From Candidatus Spongiisociaceae bacterium (lineage in GTDB: Bacteria > Actinomycetota > Acidimicrobiia > Spongiisociales > Spongiisociaceae): a stretch of DNA of 64,000 nucleotides. Position numbers and translations under genes: made by a program. Below, in pieces: positions 18,699 to 29,621 of the stretch. The notes beneath the pieces were generated by a model, which saw nothing but the letters and a program-made list of their open reading frames with translations, was not told the DNA's origin and did not search any database. Each line of letters opens with the position of its first letter. Position 1 is the stretch's first letter. Where the stretch lies: positions 1,312,001-1,376,000 of the forward strand of contig OZ241841.1 in assembly GCA_965202665.1 (NCBI GenBank), in the 5' to 3' direction.

Positions 18699-19534
18699 CC
18701 CTCCCCCCGCCCCTGGACCGGGAGCGTCCCATCGCCATCGCCCACCGCGGCTCCATGACTTTGTGGCCGGAGAATACGATGACCGCCTTCGGGGGGGCGG
18801 TTGATCTGGGGTTCCGTTACCTGGAAACGGATTTGCGCATCAGCCGGGACGGCGTGCTGGTTACTTTTCACGATTCCGATTTGGACCGCACCACCGACGG
18901 CTCCGGGCCGGTCAACGGGCGCACCTTCGCGGAGTTGCGCCGCCTGGACGCCGCCTACCGTTTTCAGCCGGAGCAGGGGTTTCCCCAACGCGGGCGGGGG
19001 ATTCTCATCCCTTCCTTGGAGGAAGCGACCGCCGCCTTCCCGGAAGCCGTTTTCATGCTGGACATCAAACAGGACGGCCTGGAAGGCCCGTTGTTGTCGG
19101 TCATTGAACGTCTCAACCTGTGGGAGCGGGTGATAATCGGATCGTTCGGCGGTTCGCGGCTGCGGCGCTTGCGGGCCATGGCCGGACGGCCGTTGGCCAC
19201 CGCCGCCGCGCCCGGCGAGATTCTCCGCTTCGCGGTCGCCGCCCGCCTGGGGCGGCCTTCCCGCATCCCCGCCGATGCGCTGTCGATTCCCCCCCGGCAG
19301 TGGATCCAGCTGGTGAACGAACGCAACGTAGCCGCCGCCCGCGCCTCCGGCCTGCCCGTTTTGGTGTGGACCATCAACCAACATCAGGAAATGGCCCAAC
19401 TGCTGGATTTGGGGGTGGACGGCCTGATCACCGACCGCCCCGACCTGCTCAAGGCCCTTATGATTGAACGGGGCCGGGGCGGCCCTTGGAACCCGCCCGA
19501 CGGCGGAGATGCGACCGAACAGGAGGGGCGGTGA
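18695..19534 (+). CDS. Glycerophosphodiester phosphodiesterase
   Basis: IAHRG, PENT, ETDL, HD..LDRTT, GVDGLITDRP; TTG overlaps the upstream stop. Confidence 0.92.
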   Translation: MTLPPPLDRERPIAIAHRGSMTLWPENTMTAFGGAVDLGFRYLETDLRISRDGVLVTFHDSDLDRTTDGSGPVNGRTFAELRRLDAAYRFQPEQGFPQRGRGILIPSLEEATAAFPEAVFMLDIKQDGLEGPLLSVIERLNLWERVIIGSFGGSRLRRLRAMAGRPLATAAAPGEILRFAVAARLGRPSRIPADALSIPPRQWIQLVNERNVAAARASGLPVLVWTINQHQEMAQLLDLGVDGLITDRPDLLKALMIERGRGGPWNPPDGGDATEQEGR

Positions 19535-20154
19535 ACAACGGGCCGGATACGGGGGGCGACTGGGTGCGGGCGGGGTCGGTGGTGAAAATGCAGGTGGCCC
19601 GGCGGCGCATCCGCAACGGCCCCCGCTACGACCCTTCCCCCCTGCGGGAGGTGAGCCGGTTACGGCTCAGCGCCGAAGGGGTGATCGGGTACGACGGGGA
19701 GTCGTGGGTGCTGGACAGCCACCATCGGGCCCATCCGGAAAGGACACTCTTTCAGCCCCACCGAGTGTTGTTGATCGGCTTTGAACCCAACTACCGAAAA
19801 CTGTGGGAGAAGTTTCGGCCCATCGATCTGGGAGGGGCCGGCGAAGCCCTGATATTCTCCGCCGACCGGTTGGTGACCCCCGGGGAGGCGGCGGCTGGAA
19901 TGCTAATCGCCAGCGGCGGAGAAACCGTCGAGTTGAGCGGGCCGGAATCGGCGGTGGCCTGCGCCGCCTTCACCCGCTACATGACGCAAAGCCCCGACCC
20001 GCCCGGGGAACTGGCGGAGGAGGAGCTGGAAGCCCCCCGCCGTCGGCTCAGCCAGGGCCTGCGCGGGTTCGTGGTCCCCTACAACCGTCCGCAACCGTTC
20101 GACGTGGAACCGGGGGCCGAGCTGTTCCTGCGCCGGAGCAACCCCGCCCCGTAA
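19531..20154 (+). CDS. Hypothetical protein (possibly MOSC-like)
   Basis: GTGA-coupled to the upstream gene; weak MOSC-like pattern (GAGE, C..F, GLRGF). Confidence 0.6.
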   Translation: MNNGPDTGGDWVRAGSVVKMQVARRRIRNGPRYDPSPLREVSRLRLSAEGVIGYDGESWVLDSHHRAHPERTLFQPHRVLLIGFEPNYRKLWEKFRPIDLGGAGEALIFSADRLVTPGEAAAGMLIASGGETVELSGPESAVACAAFTRYMTQSPDPPGELAEEELEAPRRRLSQGLRGFVVPYNRPQPFDVEPGAELFLRRSNPAP

Positions 20155-20394
20155 CCCCCCGTCCTGGCAAACCGGCTTGCAATAGCGGCCGTCCGCCCGG
20201 GCAACCAGCGCCCCCACGCCACGCGACGAACAGCCGACCTTCGCAACCAACATTGCTGGGCTAGACGCAAAACGCCGGCGCCGCCCGACCCAGGCAGGCT
20301 GACCGCCGTCGCTCCACCTGCGGCTGAGGGTAAAACGACGGGGACGCCGGCCCCCTAAGCCGTCGGCCATCGCTGAAAATGTCGCATCCCAGCC

Positions 20395-20702
20395 CCATAC
20401 TGGAGAGGGCGGAGGGGCGGGGGACGCCGATGGTCCTTTTTTCGATAATTTCAAGTCTTTTCGAGACCCCCGCAAATCGGCTTGTCATAGGCGGCCAGCC
20501 GGACAACCAACGCCCCCCAACGACGTACGCTGAATCACCGTTTAGCGGAGGACGGGACCCCGCAACCAACATTGCTTGGCAAAACGACGGAAACGCCGGC
20601 CCCGCCCAGCCCCCTAAGCCGTTGGCCCCGCCGAAAGCGTCACACCCCGCCTCCATACTGGAGAGGGCGGAGGGGCGGGGGACGCCGATGGTCCTTTTTT
20701 CG
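20395..20702. repeat. Identical 50-bp direct repeat (20395-20444 and 20653-20702) within a longer degenerate duplication
   Basis: CCATACTGGAGAGGGCGGAGGGGCGGGGGACGCCGATGGTCCTTTTTTCG occurs twice, 258 bp apart. Confidence 0.9.
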
Positions 20703-20760
20703 GTGATTCCAGGACATTTTCGAACCCCCCGCCCAGCCCCGGTGACCCCTCCCCAGCCGC

Positions 20761-22167
20761 TCAAGCGGGGAACGGGCCGGGGTCGGCCAGGCCCCGTTCC
20801 GCGGCCCACTCCCGAATCATGGCGTAGGCTTCCTCCGGCTGGTAGGGGCCGTCCTCGATCCGCTTCTCCAGCAACATTTCCAGGATTTCCCCCACTTGGC
20901 GGCCGGGGGGAATGTTCAGGTAGGCCATAACCTGGCGGCCGTCGATGGGCGGACGCAGGGAGTCCAGTTCCTCCCGGGCTCGCAAGCGGTCGATCCGTTC
21001 CTCCAATTCGTCCATCTGCCGCTGGATGGCCCGTTCTTTGCGTTCGTTGGCGGTGGTCACATCGCATCGCACCAGATGGTTCAGTTTTTCCAAAAGCCCC
21101 CCGGCGTCCCGCACGTAGCGGCGCACCGCCGAATCGGTCCATCCCATCTTGAAAGTGTGGGCCCGCATATGCAGAAACACCAGCTCCGCCACCGACCTGA
21201 TCACTTCTTTGGGATAGTGCAATTCCCGCAGGCGATGGCGCGTGATGCGGGCCCCCACCGCCTCGTGGGAGTGGAACGTTACCCGTCGCCCTTCGTAACG
21301 GCGGGTGGCGGGCTTGCCCACATCGTGGAAAAGTGCCGCCAACCGCAATATCAGATCGGGGTCGGTTTTTTCCAGCACGGCCAGGGAATGGGCCAGCACG
21401 TCCTTGTGGCGATGGTCGGGGTCGGTTTCCATAGCCAGGGCGGGAATTTCCGGAATGAACTCCTCCGCCAAACCGGAGGCGACCAGCATTTCCATCGCCG
21501 ACCGCGCCCGCGGAGCGATCAGCAGTTTGGAAAACTCGTCGCGGATGCGCTCGGCGCTGACGATCCGCAACCGTTCGGCCATCTCCCCCACCGCCTCCAG
21601 TTCTTTCCGGCCCGGCGTAAAACCCAGCTGGGCGGTGAACCGGAACAGCCGCAACATCCGCAACGGGTCTTCGGAAAAGGTAACCCCGGGGCCGAGCGGG
21701 GTGCGCAACACTTTCCGCGCCGCGTCCGCCGCCCCCCCGTACGGATCATGCAAACGGGGCGGGTCGTCGGCCAGGTTGAGGGCCATGGCGTTGACCGTAA
21801 AATCCCGCCGGGCCAGGTCCTGCTCAATGGAATCCCCGTATTTGACCGCCGGGCGGCGGCTGTCAAACGGGTAGACCTCGGAGCGATAGGTGGTGATCTC
21901 ATACCGATAGTCGTCTTTTCGGGCGCCGATGGTGCCGAACCTCTCCCCCACCGCGTACAGGTCGTCCGCCCAGCCCCGGAGCAGGGATTTGATATGCGGG
22001 GGACGGGCGGAGGTGGCGAAGTCCAGATCGGTGGGGGCCTCCTTCTCCAGCAGGGAGTCGCGCACCGACCCGCCCACCAGGTAGATTTCATACCCGGCGG
22101 CGGTGAACAGCCGGCTCAACTCGCGGGCGGAGCCCTCGGTGAGCCATCGGAAACGTTGGGGAATCAT
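20761..22167 (-). CDS. CCA tRNA nucleotidyltransferase with HD domain
   Basis: [40 protein letters not shown]. Confidence 0.93.
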   Translation of the reverse strand: MIPQRFRWLTEGSARELSRLFTAAGYEIYLVGGSVRDSLLEKEAPTDLDFATSARPPHIKSLLRGWADDLYAVGERFGTIGARKDDYRYEITTYRSEVYPFDSRRPAVKYGDSIEQDLARRDFTVNAMALNLADDPPRLHDPYGGAADAARKVLRTPLGPGVTFSEDPLRMLRLFRFTAQLGFTPGRKELEAVGEMAERLRIVSAERIRDEFSKLLIAPRARSAMEMLVASGLAEEFIPEIPALAMETDPDHRHKDVLAHSLAVLEKTDPDLILRLAALFHDVGKPATRRYEGRRVTFHSHEAVGARITRHRLRELHYPKEVIRSVAELVFLHMRAHTFKMGWTDSAVRRYVRDAGGLLEKLNHLVRCDVTTANERKERAIQRQMDELEERIDRLRAREELDSLRPPIDGRQVMAYLNIPPGRQVGEILEMLLEKRIEDGPYQPEEAYAMIREWAAERGLADPGPFPA

Positions 22168-22263
22168 ATGGGTTCTCGGTTTCGGGGCGGAATTCGGGCG
22201 GGGGACATCAGCCCCCTTTCCCGATGTTACCGCCCCCCGCCCCGTTCGGGTACCGGCCCGAGG

Positions 22264-23295
22264 TCAGGGACCGGTCCAGTCGGAGGCCCCCGCCGTCCCC
22301 CCGCGCAGCTCCCGCACCCGGGACAACGCCGCCCAAGCCTCCGGCGGGGAACGGAACCGGTCCGGCTTGTCTTCCACCGTCCGTCCGGCGGCCCCCGCCA
22401 GGGTGGCGGAAACCGAGGCGGTTATCGCCTCCGCGTCGTATCCGCCTTCCAGGAAGAAGATGGTGCGGCCCGGCGGAACCGTTTCCCGCAAAGCGGCGGA
22501 CAGGTAGGCGTAGTCGGAGGCCAGCAACCGCAGTTGCGCCAAAGGGTCGGCGGCGTGGGCGTCGTATCCGGCGCTGACCAGCATCCAGTCCGGCCCGAAC
22601 CGGCGCAGGGCGGGCAACAGCAACTCATCGCAGGCCCGCCGGTAGAGGTCGCCGGCCGCGCCAGCGGGGAGGGGCAGGTTCAAAGTAGTGGACGGCGAAG
22701 GATAATCTTCCATGTCCGCCTCCCCGCCCGTGCCCGGATAGTAGGGAAACTGGTGCAGGGAAATGTAGAACACGCCGGGGTGGGCGGCGAAGGTTTCCTC
22801 CGTGCCGTTGCCGTGATGGACGTCCCAGTCCGCGATCGCCACCCGGTTTCCCCGCCCGGCCAGCAGGGCGGCGGTGACCGCTGCGTTGTTGAACAGGCAG
22901 AACCCCATGGCCAGCGCGGAGCGGGCGTGATGACCGGGGGGGCGAACCGCCAGGAAAGCCGCCTCCGCCTCCCCGGCCTGCAAGCGCCGCACCGCCTCCG
23001 GGCCCGCCCCGGCCGCCCGCAACGCCGCCTCCCAGGAGGCTTCCCCGGCCCGGGTGTCGGGATCCAGCCTTCCGCCGCCCATGGCGCACAGCCGTTCAAT
23101 CCGGTCGATGTAGGAGGGGTCGTGCACCAGTTCCAGGCCCTCCCGCGCCGCCAACGGGGCTTCCACCGGAATCGTTTCCACCGGGGCCCGTTCCACTCCC
23201 AGCAGGGCCGCTTCCAGGCGGGCCGGCCGTTCGGGATGCCCCCATCCGGCGTCATGCAAGGCGCAGGCCGGATGGCTGACGGACAATACCCTCAT
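22264..23295 (-). CDS. Histone deacetylase/AcuC family protein
   Basis: [37 protein letters not shown]. Confidence 0.93.
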   Translation of the reverse strand: MRVLSVSHPACALHDAGWGHPERPARLEAALLGVERAPVETIPVEAPLAAREGLELVHDPSYIDRIERLCAMGGGRLDPDTRAGEASWEAALRAAGAGPEAVRRLQAGEAEAAFLAVRPPGHHARSALAMGFCLFNNAAVTAALLAGRGNRVAIADWDVHHGNGTEETFAAHPGVFYISLHQFPYYPGTGGEADMEDYPSPSTTLNLPLPAGAAGDLYRRACDELLLPALRRFGPDWMLVSAGYDAHAADPLAQLRLLASDYAYLSAALRETVPPGRTIFFLEGGYDAEAITASVSATLAGAAGRTVEDKPDRFRSPPEAWAALSRVRELRGGTAGASDWTGP

Positions 23296-23373
23296 GGGAA
23301 CAGGCTACCCCGGCGGGCGGGGCGGAGTTTAAGTAACATTCCGGTCGCGGCCCCAGAACGAGGGAGGAATGCA

Positions 23374-24705
23374 ATGTCCGAGTTTTTCGAAGAGGTGAGT
23401 GAGCCGATCAAATACGGCGGTTTGGACTCCGACGATCCCCTGACCTTCAAGGTCTACCAACCGGAGCGGGAGGTGCTGGGCAAACGAATGGAGGACCATT
23501 TGCGGGCCGCGGTCTGCTACTGGCATTCCTTCAACTGGCCCGGGTCGGATGTGTTCGGATTGGGGACTTTGGACCGGCCGTGGCTGGACCCGGGGGCCGA
23601 CCCGATGTCCGCCGCCCGCGTGAAAATGGACGCCGCTTTCGAGTTTATGGCCAAACTGGGGTTTCCTTTTTTCGCCTTTCACGACCGGGACATCGCCCCG
23701 GACGGGGATTCTTTCGCCGGCACGGTGCGCAACCTGGAGGCGATGACGGAATACATGGAGGAGAAAATGGCCGCCACCGGACGGAGGTTGCTGTGGGGAA
23801 CCGCCAACCTGACCGCCCACCCCCGCTACGCGGCGGGCGCCGCCACCAACCCCGACCCGGAAGTGTTCGCCTGCGCCGCCGCCCAAGTGCGCCATTGCCT
23901 GGAAGCCACCCACCGGCTGGGGGGCGCCAACTACGTGCTATGGGGCGGACGGGAGGGTTATGAAACCCTGCTCAACACCGATCTGCGCCGGGAGGCGGAC
24001 CAACTGGGCCGTTTCCTGCACATGGTGGCCGAACACAAACACCGCATCGGGTTCCAGGGGACGCTCCTCATCGAGCCCAAACCGCAGGAACCGGCCAAGC
24101 ATCAATACGATTACGACAGCCAGTCGGTGCACGGTTTTCTGGAACGTTACGGGCTGGCCGACGAATACCGGCTCAACATCGAAGTGAATCACGCCACTTT
24201 GGCGGGACACACTTTTCATCACGAAGTGGCTTACGCGGCGCAGGCGGGAATTTTCGGCTCGGTGGACGCCAACCGGGGCGACTATCAGAACATGTGGGAC
24301 ACCGACCAGTTCCCCAATTCGGTGGAGGAGTTGTCGTTGGCCTGGCATGAGATTCTGCTGGCGGGCGGCATGGGCTCCGGAGGGTTCAACTTCGACGCCA
24401 AGTTGCGCCGCCAGTCGGTGAACCGCTCCGACCTGTTCCATGGGCACATCGGCGGGGCGGATGCGCTGGCCTTGGCCTTGCTGGCGGCGGCGGAGATGAT
24501 AAAGGAGGAAACCTTGACCGGGGCCCGGCGGGCCCGTTACGCCGGTTGGTCGGAGGAGTTGGGAACGAGCATCATGGACGGGTCGGAAACCTTGTCGTCC
24601 CTTTCGGAGCGGGTAACCGCGGGGGGAATCGACCCGGCCCCGGCTTCGGGCGGCCAGGAACTGTTGGAAAACCTGGTGAACCGGGTCCTGTGGCGGGTGC
24701 GGTGA
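23374..24705 (+). CDS. xylA: Xylose isomerase
   Basis: [39 protein letters not shown]; GGAGG before ATG 23374. Confidence 0.96.
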   Translation: MSEFFEEVSEPIKYGGLDSDDPLTFKVYQPEREVLGKRMEDHLRAAVCYWHSFNWPGSDVFGLGTLDRPWLDPGADPMSAARVKMDAAFEFMAKLGFPFFAFHDRDIAPDGDSFAGTVRNLEAMTEYMEEKMAATGRRLLWGTANLTAHPRYAAGAATNPDPEVFACAAAQVRHCLEATHRLGGANYVLWGGREGYETLLNTDLRREADQLGRFLHMVAEHKHRIGFQGTLLIEPKPQEPAKHQYDYDSQSVHGFLERYGLADEYRLNIEVNHATLAGHTFHHEVAYAAQAGIFGSVDANRGDYQNMWDTDQFPNSVEELSLAWHEILLAGGMGSGGFNFDAKLRRQSVNRSDLFHGHIGGADALALALLAAAEMIKEETLTGARRARYAGWSEELGTSIMDGSETLSSLSERVTAGGIDPAPASGGQELLENLVNRVLWRVR

Positions 24706-26186
24706 GCCTGGTCCTCGGTTTAGACGTTTCCACCACCGCCGCCAAGGCGGTGGTTCTGGATCGGGCGGGACGGACGGCGGCGGCCGGGACGGCGGAATAT
24801 TCCTACCAAACTCCCCGCCCGTTATGGGCGGAAGCCGATCCCCGCCGATGGTGGGAGGGGGCGGCGGCCGCCACACGAGAGGCTTTGTCGCAGGTTTCCA
24901 GCCGGGAGGTGGAGGCGGTGGGACTCGCCGGCCAGATGCACGGATGCGTGCTGCTGGACTCCGCGGGCGAGGTGGTGCGGCCCGCCATCTTATGGAACGA
25001 CCAGCGCACCGCCGCCCAGTGCGATGAAATCCGGAGCCGGCTGGGCGACCGGTTGCTTTCCATAACCGGCAACGACGCCCTGACCGGTTTCACCGCCCCC
25101 AAACTGCTGTGGGTGCGGGAGGAGGAACCGGAGTCGTGGGCCCGGACGGCGCATCTGTTGCTGCCCAAGGATTATGTGCGGTTCCGGCTGACCGGGGAGT
25201 CGGCCACCGACAAGGCGGACGGAGCGGGCACGTTGCTGATGGATACGGCCGCCCGAACCTGGTCGGAGGAGGTGCTGGCGGCCTTGGAAATAAACCCGGA
25301 CTGGCTTCCCGCCGCTTTTGAGGGACCGGAGATAACCGGAACGGTGCACGAAGAAGCGGCCCGGGCCACCGGTTTGACCGCGGGAACCCCGGTGGTGGCG
25401 GGGGGAGGCGACCAGGCGGCCAACGCGGTGGGGTGCGGAGCGGTGGATCCGGGGACGGCCGCCCTCTCGCTGGGCACCTCGGGGGTGGTGTTCGCCCCCA
25501 CCCGGAAACCGGTGACGGAACCGGAGGGGCGGGTTCATTCCTTCTGCCATTGCCTGCCGGGCCGCTGGCATCTGATGGGGGTGATGCTGTCCGCCGCCGG
25601 CGCCCTGCGCTGGTTCCGGGATGCGCTGGCCCCCGGAACCAGTTTTGCGGAGTTGGATGCGGAGGCGGCGACCGCGCCGGCCGGGGCGGAGGGCCTGCTG
25701 TTCGCCCCTTACCTGACCGGGGAGCGCACGCCCCACCCCGACCCGGCGGCCCGGGGGGCGTTCGCGGGCCTGACGGTGCGGCACGGGCGGGGCCATATGG
25801 TGCGGGCCTTGATGGAAGGGGTGGCCTTCGGACTGCGGGATTCCCTGCAAGTGATGGAGTCGGCCGGCGCGCCCCTCCCGGAACAAATACGGGCTTCCGG
25901 CGGGGGAACCAAAAGTCCCCTGTGGCGGCAAATCCTGGCCGATGCGTTGCAAGCGGAGATAGCCGTCACCGCCACCTCCGAAGGGGCCGCCGCCGGAGCG
26001 GGCCTGCTCGCCGCAACCGGTGCGGGTTGGTTCGACTCAGTTGGCGAGGCGGCGGCCGCCCTGGTCAAAGTAACCCAAACCACCCCGCCCGGCCCCGACC
26101 GGGAGACATACCAAAGCCTCCACCCCCTGTACCAATCCCTCTACCCCGCCCTGAGCCCAACCTTCCATTCCCTCACCGAAACCTGA
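24702..26186 (+). CDS. xylB: Xylulokinase
   Basis: [36 protein letters not shown]; GTGA overlap with xylA. Confidence 0.95.
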   Translation: MSLVLGLDVSTTAAKAVVLDRAGRTAAAGTAEYSYQTPRPLWAEADPRRWWEGAAAATREALSQVSSREVEAVGLAGQMHGCVLLDSAGEVVRPAILWNDQRTAAQCDEIRSRLGDRLLSITGNDALTGFTAPKLLWVREEEPESWARTAHLLLPKDYVRFRLTGESATDKADGAGTLLMDTAARTWSEEVLAALEINPDWLPAAFEGPEITGTVHEEAARATGLTAGTPVVAGGGDQAANAVGCGAVDPGTAALSLGTSGVVFAPTRKPVTEPEGRVHSFCHCLPGRWHLMGVMLSAAGALRWFRDALAPGTSFAELDAEAATAPAGAEGLLFAPYLTGERTPHPDPAARGAFAGLTVRHGRGHMVRALMEGVAFGLRDSLQVMESAGAPLPEQIRASGGGTKSPLWRQILADALQAEIAVTATSEGAAAGAGLLAATGAGWFDSVGEAAAALVKVTQTTPPGPDRETYQSLHPLYQSLYPALSPTFHSLTET

Positions 26187-26297
26187 ACGCCCCGCCCGAT
26201 ATTTGTCCTACACGTTTCGGCTTCGTCCCCAAATAACAAGGGGACGGGCTGGTCATCGCTTGCTCTCTCTCCGCTCTCGGCAAAGATACGGGGGGGA

Positions 26298-26765
26298 TTA
26301 GGCCGGGTCCAGGGGGTGGCGGATTTGGGTGGGGAAATCGGGGGTGGGCGCGGGGGCGGCCGGGGCCGGGGCGGGGGTCTGGTCGGGATCGGGCAGGCGC
26401 AGCGACTCCTCTAGCATCACCACCTCCACCCCTCCCACCACGTCGGAAACCAGGTTGTAGAGCACGGCCGCCAACGTGGTGAGCAAGGTCATCGCCGCTC
26501 CGAAGGTAAAAGCGAAAAAGATGGACACCCGCACGAACCGGCCGCCGTTGTCGAACAGGGAACTGCCTTCGTCCAGCAGGCTGATCCGAATCAGGAAATC
26601 GTCCAAAGAAGCGGGGACGCCCACTCGCACCAGCAACGACCAGAACATGAGCAGGCCGATCAACGTGGCCACCGCAAACACCAGATGCAACAGCAGGGAA
26701 ACCTTGAACACCGTCCACGGATCCACTTTGCGGATCACCCTGCGCACCCGCCGGACCGCGGCCAT
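26298..26765 (-). CDS. DUF3566 membrane protein
   Basis: IRKVDPWTVFKVS...LYNLVSDVVGGVEV. Confidence 0.85.
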   Translation of the reverse strand: MAAVRRVRRVIRKVDPWTVFKVSLLLHLVFAVATLIGLLMFWSLLVRVGVPASLDDFLIRISLLDEGSSLFDNGGRFVRVSIFFAFTFGAAMTLLTTLAAVLYNLVSDVVGGVEVVMLEESLRLPDPDQTPAPAPAAPAPTPDFPTQIRHPLDPA

Positions 26766-26770
26766 CCGTC

Positions 26771-27196
26771 CTATCCCGCCGAGAGTTGGTCGGCCGCATA
26801 CGCCGGGTCCACCGGCGTATCCTCGTAGACGGTGAACTCCACCCCGCCCGCCACCTCGGCGATCAGGTTGTAGACGATGGCGGCCGAGGTGAGCAGGCCG
26901 GTTACCATCATCATCCAGCCCGCCGCCGCCAGCAAAGTCCCCCGCAGGTAAACCGACCCGGATTGCAACAACGTCTCGTCGGGAGCGATCAGGCTCACCC
27001 GTTGCGCGGCCCGCTCCAAAGCCCCGGGGATGCCCAACCGGTTGACGATGGCCCACAAAGTCACCGCGGCCAGCACCAGCCCCAAGGCGGCGATGGCGGT
27101 CAACACCAAAGAAACTTTCAGCACCGTCCACGGGTCGAACTTGCGAATGATCCGCCGAACCCGGCGAGGGGCGGTGGGAAGACCCACGGCGGTCAT
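26771..27196 (-). CDS. DUF3566 membrane protein (second paralog)
   Basis: [13 protein letters not shown]...[14 protein letters not shown]. Confidence 0.85.
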   Translation of the reverse strand: MTAVGLPTAPRRVRRIIRKFDPWTVLKVSLVLTAIAALGLVLAAVTLWAIVNRLGIPGALERAAQRVSLIAPDETLLQSGSVYLRGTLLAAAGWMMMVTGLLTSAAIVYNLIAEVAGGVEFTVYEDTPVDPAYAADQLSAG

Positions 27197-29619
27197 TCCG
27201 CCTCGTCGTTCAAAACCGGAGCGAACGAGGTAAGCGTGACTCCTTCGTCCAGGTTCTTGACCCGCACTCCGGTGGAGTTGCGTTGCTGGCGGCTGATGGA
27301 GTTTATGGCCAGTCGGATCATCACCCCGTCCGAGGACACCACCAACACCTCCCCATCGGTGGAAACCGCCCGCGCTCCGATCAACTCCCCCCGCACCGAG
27401 GTCAACTTGTACGCCTTAACCCCCATGCCCCCCCGTTTGATCTGGCGGATAAGGTTGATCTTGGTGCGTTTGCCGTATCCGCCGGAGGTAAGCATCAGCA
27501 CCTCGTCCCCGGTTTCGCTCACGCAGGCGCCCACCACCTCGTCGCCCTCCCGCAGTTTTATGCCGCGCACCCCCCGGGTGCTGCGCCCCATGGGCCGCAA
27601 ATCGTTCTCCGAAAAACGGATGGCTTGACCAAGCCGGGTGAACAACAACACATCGCTTTCCCCTTTGGTGGCGTGCACTTCCACCAGTTCATCCCCTTCC
27701 ACCATGTTGATCGCTTTTAAAGTCCTATTGGGACTGTCGTATCGGCTGAACAGGGTGCGCTTGGCCTGCCCCAACTTGGTAGCCATCACCAGGTATTTGA
27801 AGGACTCGTAGTCGCGGGTGTCGATGATGGCCCGGATGCGCTCGTCCGGCTCAAAAGGCAGCACCGACTGGGCCAGCACCCCTTTGGCGGTGCGGGACTG
27901 GCGGGGAATCTCGTGGGCTTTGACGCGATGCACCCGTCCCTTGTTGCTGAAAAACAGCAGGTAGGCGTGGGCGGTGGTGTGCAAAACATGGGTGAGAAAA
28001 TCACCTTCCCTCACCGCCGCCCCTTTCACCCCCCGTCCCCCCCGGCCTTGGGAGCGGTACATCCCGGCGTCCACCGTTTTCACATAGCCGTGGGCGGAGG
28101 CGGTGAGCACCAGTTCGTCGTCGGCTACCAGATCCTCGAACGACAACTCCCCTTCGTCGGGCTGGATACGGGTGCGGCGGGCGTCGTCGTGTCCCCGGCG
28201 CACCTCCTCCAACTCTTCTGCGATTATCGTCCGGCGACGGGCGGGATCGTCCAGGATGGCCTGCAAGTCGGCGATCAAAATGCGCAGGTCCTCCAACTCG
28301 GCCCGCAGTTTTTCGGTCTCCAGCGAAGTAAGGCGGCGCAACGGCATATCCAACACCGCCCGGGCTTGGATGTCGGTCAGTTCAAACCTTTCCATCAGGG
28401 CGGTGCGGGCCTGGTCGGCTTCGGCGCTGCGGCGGATGATGGCCACCACCTCGTCGATGTTGTCCACCGCCGTCACCAACCCTTCCAGGATGTGGGCGCG
28501 GGCCTCCGCCCGGTCCAGCCGGAACCGGGTGCGCCGCTCGATCACCTCCATCTGGTGGTCCAGGAAATATTGGATCATCTCGGCGATGTTCAAAGTTTGG
28601 GGCACCCCGTCCACCAGGGCCACCGTGTTCACCCCGAAACTCTCCTGCAACTGGGTCAACTTGTAGAGCTGGTTGAGCACCACTTGGGGGACGGCGCTCC
28701 TTTGCAATTCGATCACCAGCCGCACCCCCACTCTGGAGGATGACTGATTGTGCAGGTCGGCGATCCCGGAAACCTTCTTGTCCTGCACCAGGCCGGCGAT
28801 CTTCTCCATCACCCGATCCTGGCTCACCTGATAGGGCAGTTCGGTCACCACGATGGCGGTGCGGCCCTTGCGCACCTCTTCGATGTCGGCCACCGCCCGC
28901 ATTTTGATGGAACCCCGCCCGGTGAGCAGGGCTTGCCTGATCCCGTCGGTTCCCATCACGTAACCGCCGGTTGGGAAATCGGGGCCTTTCACGATGGACA
29001 GGTAGTCCTCGGGCGGAGCGTCGGGGTGCTCCAACCCGTACCGGCAGGCCTCCGCAATCTCCCCCAGGTTGTGGGGGGGGATGTTGGTGGCCATCCCCAC
29101 CGCGATCCCCTGACTGCCGTTGACCAGCAAATTGGGGAAGCGGGAGGGCAACACTTTCGGCTCCGCCTCGGACCCGTCGAAGTTGTCTATGAAATCCACC
29201 GTGTCCTCGTCGATCCCGTCCAACAGCGCCTCCGCCAGCCGGGTTAATCGGCATTCGGTGTAACGCATAGCGGCCGGGGGGTCGTCGGTGGTGCCGAAGT
29301 TGCCCTGCGGGTCCACCAGCGGGTAGCGCAAACTGAAACCCTGCCCCATCCGCACCAAAGCGTCGTAGATGGCGTCGTTGGAGTGGGGATGGTATTTGCC
29401 GATCACCTCCCCCACCACCGTGGCCGACTTGCGATGGGAGGCCCCCGCCGTCACCCCCATGTCGTCCATGGCGTAAATGATGCGCCTTTGCACCGGCTTG
29501 AGGCCGTCCCGGACATCGGGCAGGGCCCGGGACACGATCACCGACATCGCATAGTCGACGAACGACTTGGACATCTCCTCGTTGATGTCGACCGGCGCGA
29601 TGCGCCCCTCTTCGGCCAT
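27193..29619 (-). CDS. gyrA: DNA gyrase subunit A
   Basis: [23 protein letters not shown], GyrA-box QGRGGRG. Confidence 0.97.
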   Translation of the reverse strand: MAEEGRIAPVDINEEMSKSFVDYAMSVIVSRALPDVRDGLKPVQRRIIYAMDDMGVTAGASHRKSATVVGEVIGKYHPHSNDAIYDALVRMGQGFSLRYPLVDPQGNFGTTDDPPAAMRYTECRLTRLAEALLDGIDEDTVDFIDNFDGSEAEPKVLPSRFPNLLVNGSQGIAVGMATNIPPHNLGEIAEACRYGLEHPDAPPEDYLSIVKGPDFPTGGYVMGTDGIRQALLTGRGSIKMRAVADIEEVRKGRTAIVVTELPYQVSQDRVMEKIAGLVQDKKVSGIADLHNQSSSRVGVRLVIELQRSAVPQVVLNQLYKLTQLQESFGVNTVALVDGVPQTLNIAEMIQYFLDHQMEVIERRTRFRLDRAEARAHILEGLVTAVDNIDEVVAIIRRSAEADQARTALMERFELTDIQARAVLDMPLRRLTSLETEKLRAELEDLRILIADLQAILDDPARRRTIIAEELEEVRRGHDDARRTRIQPDEGELSFEDLVADDELVLTASAHGYVKTVDAGMYRSQGRGGRGVKGAAVREGDFLTHVLHTTAHAYLLFFSNKGRVHRVKAHEIPRQSRTAKGVLAQSVLPFEPDERIRAIIDTRDYESFKYLVMATKLGQAKRTLFSRYDSPNRTLKAINMVEGDELVEVHATKGESDVLLFTRLGQAIRFSENDLRPMGRSTRGVRGIKLREGDEVVGACVSETGDEVLMLTSGGYGKRTKINLIRQIKRGGMGVKAYKLTSVRGELIGARAVSTDGEVLVVSSDGVMIRLAINSISRQQRNSTGVRVKNLDEGVTLTSFAPVLNDEAE

Positions 29620-29621
29620 AA

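Noticed and set aside
20896-23373. 1269-aa giant XylA fusion
   Set aside because: The N-terminal 826 codons are antisense to the CCA and HDAC genes; the real xylA start has a GGAGG RBS at 23374.
26224-26246. CGTCCCC/GGGGACG hairpin as a tRNA remnant or terminator
   Set aside because: Only a 7-bp stem, with no cloverleaf and no U-tract; too weak to call.
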